NCBI GenBank assembly: GCA_032718475.1
Contig: JAUCBJ010006311.1
Span: forward strand, 1-34,066
From: Nemertoderma westbladi
Lineage: Eukaryota; Animalia; Xenacoelomorpha
DNA: 34,066 nt
Direction of reading: 5' to 3'
The translations under genes were made by a program, and so were the position numbers. Every line of letters begins with the position of its first letter. Position 1 is the stretch's first letter. The notes under the pieces are model-generated. The model saw nothing but the letters and a program-made list of their open reading frames with translations, ran no database searches and was not told the origin of the DNA. Positions 1 through 8,361 of this stretch are shown piece after piece.

Positions 1-78
1 GGTAGGGACAGAATGACCGACACCCGGACTGATGGGGACCAACTGACCAACACCTGGACTGGTTGGGACGGAATAACC
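1..78. repeat. 30-bp tandem repeat (window edge), likely internal to a DNA-transposon remnant extending to ~514
   Basis: GG.A/TGGGAC..A.TGACC.ACACC.GGACT units at 1, 31 and 61; GTCTCAAGTC.CCCC motif repeated at 81 and 471. Confidence 0.6.
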
Positions 79-701
79 TAGTCTCAAGTCACCCCAAAAT
101 GAAGCGAATCAATTATTCGCTGATAACCGTAAACAAAGAAGAATTAATAGAAAACTAAAATCAAATTATAAAGATAAAATGTTGCTGAATATAATGTAAA
201 AAACCACAACCGAGGAAAGGGATGAGTATCCTTGCAATCTGAAATTATTTTGGGCTATTGAAAAGTGGAGAAAATACCCGAAGCTATTGAAAAGTGGAGA
301 AAATACCCGAAACTGTTTTTCGCAATTAATTTAGAACAGTGTCTAATATTATGGTAGTAATTAGTATATTTACATAGGCGAACTATTTAGCTTTCAGGAA
401 ATGCTTTTCCCAATCACTGAAAATCAACTGTCTTCGCATAATCACACTTCAAAATTATTTATAAATTGTTGTCTCAAGTCTCCCCCTAGTCTCATGTCAC
501 CCTACGCTATGGTATAGTAAATATTATCTCTAATGTAAAAAACCATTATTGATTATTGTGTATTTGGTGTCACTCATTCTGGTTACCACAACTGCAACTG
601 CCTATAATTCGGAAACAATATATTGAATTGAATTGAATTGACGGGCTGATGGGAGCACAGGAGCAGGGAGGCAAGGCACCTCACAGTTTAGTTCAGTCTG
701 T

Positions 702-909
702 CAGTAAGGGAAAATACCCAGAATTGTTTTTTAGAACACTGATTCAGGAATTAAATTTTCACAAAAATACACCTAGGCCTAACTGCCAAATCGGTTCTTT
801 TTTCCACTCTGGCAACGATTCGGTGTATATTTTCTGGGCGTTTTTTATACCATAGTATAGCTGTTTAGAGCTGTACCCTGATTCGCATTTGGGGTATTTT
901 CCCCTACTG
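702..909. mobile_element. Small MITE-like element with ~18-bp terminal inverted repeats
   Basis: CAGTAAGGGAAAATACCC ... GGGTATTTTCCCCTACTG; no clear TSD. Confidence 0.5.
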
Positions 910-1086
910 GAGTTGGTTAGGATAATGGCAGTATGGAGGTCCCCTATTGAAAAGTTTTATGCCGACCACATTCGGCGCAGCATTTACACTTGCGCCAGGA
1001 GCTGGTGCAGAAATGTGTTACATTGGGTAAGGCAGTAAGGTGCTGAAAGGTCTGACTCTGACGCAGAGGCAGAAGTTAAATATGAT

Positions 1087-1645
1087 TTGTAACATCTCTA
1101 TTTTTGATTTACACCGGTTTTTTGGTGTTAGCAATTGGATGCAATTCATATAAATTGATTTAGAAATTTCAAACTTGATTTTTTTCGCGGGTGCCAAATT
1201 TTGGTGCCATCACCAAATTTTGAATTATGTATATTTTGTAAATTGATTGTTTGAAACTTGTTTTTTACGCAATTGGGGTTTTTTAGGGTTCTGGTTTCGA
1301 TGGAATATATACGAGTTGCACCAAGCGTATCAAACTTGTATTTTTTGGTGCTGTGTGCAAATTTTGGTTCTAGCACGACATTTTGAAAATCCTTTCAATA
1401 CATAAAATTGCTTGTGACAATATATTTATTGCGTTTTGGAGGTTTATGGCTGTTCTGAATTCAATGGAATATATAATTATCGAACTAGACATCTTAAACA
1501 TGTATTTTTCGGAAGTGGGTGCAAAACTAGCACCAAATTTTCAACCATCAAATATATCAATTGATTGTGTCACCTTGTTTCTTGCATTATACGGGTTGGT
1601 GAGGGTTCTGAATTCAATGGAATCAGTAAAAATTTCATTATTGAT
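1087..1645. mobile_element. Left part of a non-autonomous DNA-transposon-like repeat interrupted by the LTR element
   Basis: ~160-bp subrepeats (GGGTTCTGAATTCAATGGAA-like at ~1283, 1450, 1602) resume right of the LTR element at ~14878; 1087-1140 matches 32565-32620 in inverted orientation. Confidence 0.6.
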
Positions 1646-2854
1646 TGTTCGCGCTTTTGAAGACCTTTAGCAGTTTAACCTGCCAAAATTTATATGTCTT
1701 TTAGTTAATTAAAACACCTTTAGCATACGACAATATTTTATGCTAATAAACAAAACATTAACCGAAGCCAGCCCATGCGCGATCATTCACCCGATGGATC
1801 TACACCCGGGAGGCTGAATTCGGCTGCTTAAATTTTATTATTGCAGTGTAAGGTTGCAGTGTAAACCTACTGTATTATTCGATAGATCGTTAATGATTAA
1901 TTTCTGACAGATATTATTGGCTTTCGGGAAATATTAACAGTTCCTTTAGGACGTGGCGCTCTATCTATTTAAACAGAACTAGGACTTATACTAAACGCAA
2001 CGATACTGCTTATGATTAAAGTATAAGGCGCATTCTTTAGGAAATGCTTTGTTACCAATCACAATCATACACACTATTCTGCCGACCGTCAGTATATTTG
2101 ATCACACATAAAGAGAGCAGCAATTGACTCATGTAGGGTCTGCTAAATAACATTAGATTCAATACACACCACATTAATATAAATCGCAATTGTTATGTAT
2201 AGCCTGTCTCTCTAACCTGTAGTGTATCAAGAAAATTGGGAATTTTGGGTGATTTATCCGTATTCTCCAAAGGGCAATAATTCATCAACAAATAGATACA
2301 ATTAATAACTGACGGTAAATAACAGTACAAACAATATGATTAGTGCAGTTAAATTAAGTGAGTGAGACTAGATCGGATAAGTAGGATGGATGGATGGATA
2401 ACAGTTATACTTTCGATAATTTAAGCAGTTTTACTAGAGTTCTTCCCAAAAGCCGGTGTTATGGCGAAAAATGGGAACACAACAACAGAATCATATGAAG
2501 AATCATATGACTAGCTGACTATACGAGGATACCAACTACCCTTATTCCCCGAAGCTCCCGTCCAACACAGAGGATGAGCATAGAGATAGGAAATTCAGTT
2601 CAGTAGCTCTGGGATAGGTCGAAATCAACGCCCACTCAAATTCTATTGGCAGACACGGGCAGCAGGGCTGAGGCAACCTCCCTAAGCTGGTTGGCCGATT
2701 AAACGGAGCCCAGATACCTCCATACAGCATATCAGCCAATAAGCTGGTAGCTTGCACTATTTTAGCTATAGATCCCTTTTAGAGTATTCTAGCGACCGGG
2801 GGGGAACTGGCCAGCAAAGGCAAACGTATCAGTTATCCCACAAAAGCTTTTACA
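1646..2854 (-). repeat. 3' LTR (1209 bp)
   Basis: Direct repeat of 13458-14666; preceded on the minus strand by the polypurine tract. Confidence 0.97.
1834..1839 (-). terminator. Candidate polyadenylation signal AATAAA in 3' LTR (copy at 13646-13651 in 5' LTR)
   Basis: TTTATT on plus strand about 190 nt from the LTR end. Confidence 0.55.
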
Positions 2855-2862
2855 CCTCTCCC
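2855..2862 (-). other. Polypurine tract (GGGAGAGG)
   Basis: Purine run directly abutting the TG start of the 3' LTR on the minus strand. Confidence 0.85.
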
Positions 2863-2932
2863 AGAAAATGGGATTTAAGTCTATAAAATATACAAAATCA
2901 CAGTTTCTAAAATATAAAAATACTCTAAACAG

Positions 2933-4769
2933 TTAGTCTTTCTTGCGCGGACGGCGTTTACGCAGTTTTTTAAAGCTAGCAAGAGTCCTTTTCTCTTTGG
3001 GGCGAGCCACTTTACGAGGAGGGCTATAACTCCTGGGTGAAGGGTGCAATATGATTGCATCAGAAGGTATGGGATTACGATCGGTATATCCGCCGGTCGA
3101 AGTACCGGGTTGATTGACATCAACGTCCGGGGAGAGGGGTCTAACGGCTTTGAGAGCTCGTTTCAAGACAGCCGCTCTTACGGGTCCTTTACGAGTGGTC
3201 TGAACGAGGGCCGTGGGTGGACCATAGGTAGTTAGAAACTTCCTTGGTTTAATGGTTCTTTCCAACTCGCGTTCGCGGGCTCGATACTCGTAAGGCCGTC
3301 GATATACTTCCTGTAACTCGGGGTGTGAGTTGACAAATAAGTCTCCATAGGCCGGATCTTGACGGATAAAGTTTATTAAGTTGTAAGAATTGATGTCACT
3401 CGGATTAATGCTCATGAGAAATTTGCGTACATATTTGGTTGAAATACATTCTCCAACGCGCTTCAGTAGTTCATAACTTGATAGGCGTGATTTCTGCTCG
3501 ACGGAGGCAAACAAATAAGGATGGAACGCATAAACTCCTTCGTAAGCGCGTCCAGGGTAATAGCGATGGCGTGAATCACAATGTAAATCAGCGTTCGCTT
3601 CCCAAGCTCTGATATAACGTAGTACAATCATTTCATCTACGCTCTCTAAATCATGGTTAAAGGGACAATCAAAACTGGCGTGTCCTTTTAATTGACAATG
3701 ATGGCATTGAGTCATAAATTGGGGGCAGACAGCAAAAATGTGCAAATTATTAAGCCGGCAATATGCACAATAGATTTCCATCGACGGTTGCTCGTGGAAA
3801 TAGGAACAGAGATCGTTGGTGTCCATAGACGTAATATTGTCTCTCGATGCGCACAGCCGACAACGTTGTCGAGAAACATAATTGGCATGGCGATAATCAT
3901 ACGCAGTAAGACACTGTGGACCTTGATACCATTCCAATATGTAGTCGCTATCGCTACTCCGAGACGTGGGGGGCTGAATCTCTTCAGATTCTAAACATAT
4001 GGGTTCGTCTTCCCCTTGTATAGTTGAGGTAGGCATGGCCGTCTCCTCAAGTGGACCTACCGTCTGAATTTCCACGACCGAATAACCTGTGGGGATTCGA
4101 GGTCTTTGGATAACAGAGGAGTGCATGTTTATTATGCAAATGTCTTTGAAAATAGCAAATCCAGCGCTATCTAACTTCTCCGCAGCCGAGTCTCTTAAGC
4201 TGAGCTTGGTCAAAGCGCGGTCTTTGAATTGGCTATCCACGTTGCGAAACGGGGTTAAAAACCGTCGGAAACATTCAAAGCGGATGAATTTATTATGTTC
4301 ATCTAGCTTAGCGAGTTTGGTCCCAAGGATTAATGGATGGGCGCGTATAGTACGACTGCACACATCGGCTAGCCAACCGGAAAGTGCGGTGTTTTCGAAG
4401 ATCGTGTAGATAGCTAAGGAGGGACGGAGTGGAACACTCATGAAGCTATACACGGCGCCAGGTGCGGTCAACGGTCCGTCAAAGTATAATCGAGAATAAT
4501 GGTCTCCGTATACTTGTTGATAGTTGATGGGATTTCCGACCTTGAAATTCCATCCGTATTCCATTACGATTCGTATAGCGAGCGGTGAATTTTCTATAGT
4601 CCAATTCACGCGTAAGTTGTTCCTGGGACATAGGCGGTTCGATATAACGACCATCGTCCTCCGTAATAGTCGGATCGGCTTCACCGCGTATCAAGCTATC
4701 CACAAACGCTTGTAAAGGTAGAGTATATCGCTCTCTAATACCAAGGTCATCTTCTATCAATTCCGTCAT
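2933..4769 (-). CDS. Extra ORF3 in env position: Cys/His zinc-knuckle protein with basic C-terminal tail (583-aa frame 2933-4684, possibly joined by a frameshift to the ATG-initiated frame 4479-4769)
   Basis: Long open frame; CRLC...C, CAYC-x5-H-x4-C, CHHC-x4-H-x4-C; tail SPPRKVARPKEKRTLASFKKLRKRRPRKKD; no evident signal peptide or TM helix. Confidence 0.75.
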
Positions 4770-5583
4770 ATCTGCTATCTGAGTTTATTAATATCAATAT
4801 GAGTTAATATTTTAGGCAAGCGGGCGTCGCTGCCTACTAGGCTTTGCCCCCGGACAGTGGGTTTCTCAGCGCCGATGTACCGTTGTCGCGGTGTTTACGC
4901 CAACATGTAGCAACAGCACGACAACGATAACCGGCACAAGTCCCACCACTGTCCGTCCCAAAGGCTTGAATCCACTTGAGGTTATCTCGGTAGAGTTAGG
5001 GCTACTTTACAATTGCGATTAGCTACTGTAAACACACTTTAGTAGTAACATTCACCTATAAACGCACAAATTCCATACAATCATTACTTACTGCACACAT
5101 GCATGCCATTTGTCCGTTAGTCAGTGTCTTCCAGAATGTCACGTTATTACTATGTATCCTTGGATACTAATAGTGCGCTATGTATACTCTTATGCTACGC
5201 AATGGGGCAAGCTTTTTATTGTTCCTTTAACTTGCTTCTAATTCTAGCGTGGGTGTTGCCATGGTGACATTATGGAAAACTAGCGGTAGAATTAGGGTAA
5301 TTCTCATGCATACAGATCTGGGATGTTATTTAATAGTAATTCTTTAATTGTCAATATCCTCTTTATGCATGATTTTATAATTTTTTATCGGCTATTGACT
5401 ATATGTTGGAGATTCTCGCACTCTAGTACAATCAATATGAATCTCCGCTCCCATGATCTATTAATTACTGGAATTTTGGGAATGTTATAAATTGCACAAA
5501 ATGACAATTTATGAAATTCATTTGAATATGAATTTAAATTTATTCCCGTGAATTTTATTATTTGATGTTAAATTGACACAAAT

Positions 5584-5875
5584 TTTATTCCAGAGCATAT
5601 CTGGGGACTTAGGATCCTTAATTCTATAAAATCGTCCTTCTAAGAATATCGGTAAATACTGCGATATCTTAATTGACTAGAAATTTTAAAGGATCGGGAT
5701 TTTACAGATTTTAATAAATATTAAATTAATATTTAGGATGAGCACCGATTTATTCCAGAACTTGTCTGGGGACGTTAACCACTGATTCTAGAATTTGTCT
5801 TTCAAGTATATCGGTGGGTGCCACGATATCTTAATCGACTAGAATTACAGATGGTCAAAAGTTTAACAGATTTTA
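5584..5875. repeat. Diverged ~130-bp direct repeat (165-bp period) in the pol-ORF3 spacer
   Basis: TTTATTCCAGA...TCTGGGGAC...TATCGGT...CGATATCTTAAT.GACTAGAA...ACAGATTTTA at 5584-5713 and 5749-5875. Confidence 0.8.
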
Positions 5876-6396
5876 TTTGCGATTTACGCTACTGTTAGAG
5901 GGACATCACGCTACTATATGTATTATTTGTTATAAGGTAGAAGAGCAATATCGCACGAAGCAATGTCAGTGTGAAGAGGCAAGTCGTTTCCAAGGTCTAC
6001 CCAGAGCTTGGTTTAGCCGAGACACGAGGATCTGAACTTTGCATTCCTAATACTCTGCCTACCAATAATACTTGAATATAGTAGTGGCTTTATTGTACTT
6101 TAATAAGTACGGACGTTTCATCTTACTGTAGTCACGTATTTATAATATGATACGGACAGTAAGGAAAGAGAAAAATAATTATTTCTCGCCGTCGCACTAA
6201 ATATATATTATAAGTAATTACGTACGTAATAAACACTAATATATTGCACTAATCTACTAAATAATCACTAAAATAACATTCTACTAAATAAAATTAAAGA
6301 AAACGATTATAATAAAATTACATAATAATACATACATAAATATAAAATAAAAACAAATATAAAATGATATAGTCACACGCCCACTCCATATTGTTA

Positions 6397-8361
6397 TTAC
6401 GTTATGGAGTCCCTAGATATTTGTCGGATTAGGGAAGTGGTCGTAGGAAGAGTATCTTGCCTTCCATAGTTTCCGGACAGTTTTCGGTCTCTTTCCAGTA
6501 AACATAAACGACTAGCTGGGCGATTGAGTGGTTGTGTTAGTTTCTCCGCTCCCTTGGCCTGTCTACTCTCCGCCGTGGTAAGATGAGGAGGCCCTTCTTC
6601 ATCTTCTTTACTTAAGAAGTCGGATCCACCTAACCAGCCTGGAGTATCTATCAGTTCTTGAGGAGTTGCTCCTCTGGAAGCGATGTCGGCTGGATTAATC
6701 GTCCCAAGGCAATGTCTCCATTGATCTACATTGGAGTTAATATCGTCATTATCTGAGGAGTATGGTGTTCCCTCAGTTGGATCGTCCACATCACTGCTCT
6801 CCACTTCCCATTCCTTTACTTGGTATACCTGTTCGTGTGGCATTCTCTCTTCGAGAGTTCTACGGGAAGGGCCAGTAAAGTACCAACCTACTCTAGTTCT
6901 TACTGCATAGGTTTGCAGTGGCTGTGGTTGAGCAGGCCGTTTCTCTAATGTTTCGAGCGCCTCGTGCGCGTTTTGGCCGATAAGTATTTGCACTCCAGGG
7001 TAATCCGTCTGGAATCGAGGTATCTTAAGATGTTGGACGCTCTCATCTTCGTCCCAATTATAAAGGTCTGCTTGAGTAGTAGCAAAGTTCTTTATAGCCA
7101 CCATTTTTACTGACCTTATACCTTGTGTTCCTAACTTATCCTGGGGGGTGGACAATACACCTACATAGTAATCTGCCGTTAGGGTAGATTTCCAAACCTG
7201 CATAATTCCTGACATATTCAATTTAGTCCGGAACTTTGGTTGTCCAGCAAAGATATCTTCGGCTAGTTCTTGATCGATGAATGTTCCTGTGCTGCCGGAG
7301 TCAAGGAGGGCGTTCACTATGTAGCTTTTGTTAAGACCGTGAACTCTTACCTGAACTACAGGAAATTCTCTGATTCCTACGTTGGAAGCTGGAGCTTTCC
7401 AAGATGGTTGTTTGGCGAAAGTAGTTTGGGGAAACTCATCGTTGATGTCCTTTTCGTAAGTAAGTGCTCGATACACCGCGGTGTTTATTAGATAACAGGA
7501 TTCATTGGCGTCGGAGAATTCGTCAGTATAGAATCCTTCCATCTCAGACTCTTGATCAGTGTCGTTTACATCACTGAATTGGACATGTAGTTCGGGCTCA
7601 CTTACCTGACTCAGTTTGTCTCGTTCGAACTCACTGTGTAACAAGATGTGATGTTTCGCGCCACACTTTGCACACTTTATGTCGGAGTAACAGGTTCGCC
7701 GTTGGTGTCCTGATCTGAGGCAATTATAGCATAACCGCTTATTCCACAGGACTGTATGTCTGTCTACAAGGGATTTCTTTAGAAATTCAGCACACGCACT
7801 CAAACGGTGGGGCCCGTCGCACAGCGCACATTTTGGTTTGATGTTACTCACCTTAACTTGGTTAACGTTCTGCACTCTCGTTCTTTCTTCGGGCTTTCTT
7901 CCGTGAATTCTCTTAGGAGACGTAGGAGGAGTTGTTGTTACCTGTTCTCTCCTGTCACTGGTTCGAGACTTGTATTTACTTACGTCTTTATAGTTCTTGT
8001 TGTCATAGTAAGATTTTGCTGTGTCTTTCCCGCTGTCCTCTTCTTGAGAAGCTTGGCTTTCGCCGTCGTCAGTATAACACACTGGTATTATCCTTCTCCT
8101 AGAAACGGGTTTCTCACTTACCTTATTTTCCGATGTTTTCTCTCTGGACTGCCTTATGAGTTGTAATTTTACTTCACTATCTAAGAAAGACATGAGATCA
8201 GCCATGGTAGGACTTCGTCGTTGTTGTTCATTCATGTACAACACTTTCTTGTCCCAGCGTGTACATACTCCACCCTTTGGTAAAGTAGAGACTACGGCTC
8301 CAATAACCATGGAACTCTGATATTCATGCGACTTACCTAACCAGTCCAGTTGTCTACAGAT
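6397..8361 (-). CDS. Gag C-terminus (3 zinc knuckles) + aspartic protease + remnants of RNase H and integrase C-termini; same frame as upstream gag
   Basis: CALCDGPHRLSAC, CYNCLRSGHQRRTC, CAKCGAKHHILLH; ALLDSGST, ILIG, RTRVGW; QWRH..NPADIASRG..WLGGSDFL; RPASRLCLLE; 17 open codons (ICRQLDWLGKSHEYQSS) link the TAG at 8362-8364 to the ATG at 8310. Confidence 0.9.
   Translation of the reverse strand: MCRQLDWLGKSHEYQSSMVIGAVVSTLPKGGVCTRWDKKVLYMNEQQRRSPTMADLMSFLDSEVKLQLIRQSREKTSENKVSEKPVSRRRIIPVCYTDDGESQASQEEDSGKDTAKSYYDNKNYKDVSKYKSRTSDRREQVTTTPPTSPKRIHGRKPEERTRVQNVNQVKVSNIKPKCALCDGPHRLSACAEFLKKSLVDRHTVLWNKRLCYNCLRSGHQRRTCYSDIKCAKCGAKHHILLHSEFERDKLSQVSEPELHVQFSDVNDTDQESEMEGFYTDEFSDANESCYLINTAVYRALTYEKDINDEFPQTTFAKQPSWKAPASNVGIREFPVVQVRVHGLNKSYIVNALLDSGSTGTFIDQELAEDIFAGQPKFRTKLNMSGIMQVWKSTLTADYYVGVLSTPQDKLGTQGIRSVKMVAIKNFATTQADLYNWDEDESVQHLKIPRFQTDYPGVQILIGQNAHEALETLEKRPAQPQPLQTYAVRTRVGWYFTGPSRRTLEERMPHEQVYQVKEWEVESSDVDDPTEGTPYSSDNDDINSNVDQWRHCLGTINPADIASRGATPQELIDTPGWLGGSDFLSKEDEEGPPHLTTAESRQAKGAEKLTQPLNRPASRLCLLERDRKLSGNYGRQDTLPTTTSLIRQISRDSIT

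Noticed and set aside
2542-2757. 71-aa ORF within both LTRs (also 14354-14569)
   Set aside because: Short, non-ATG start, no recognisable motif; duplicated only because the LTR is
2933-4684. ORF3 as an envelope glycoprotein
   Set aside because: No signal peptide or C-terminal TM anchor visible; cysteines form zinc knuckles
4851-4955. Hammerhead or HDV ribozyme
   Set aside because: No CUGANGA...GAAA core or nested pseudoknot found by eye
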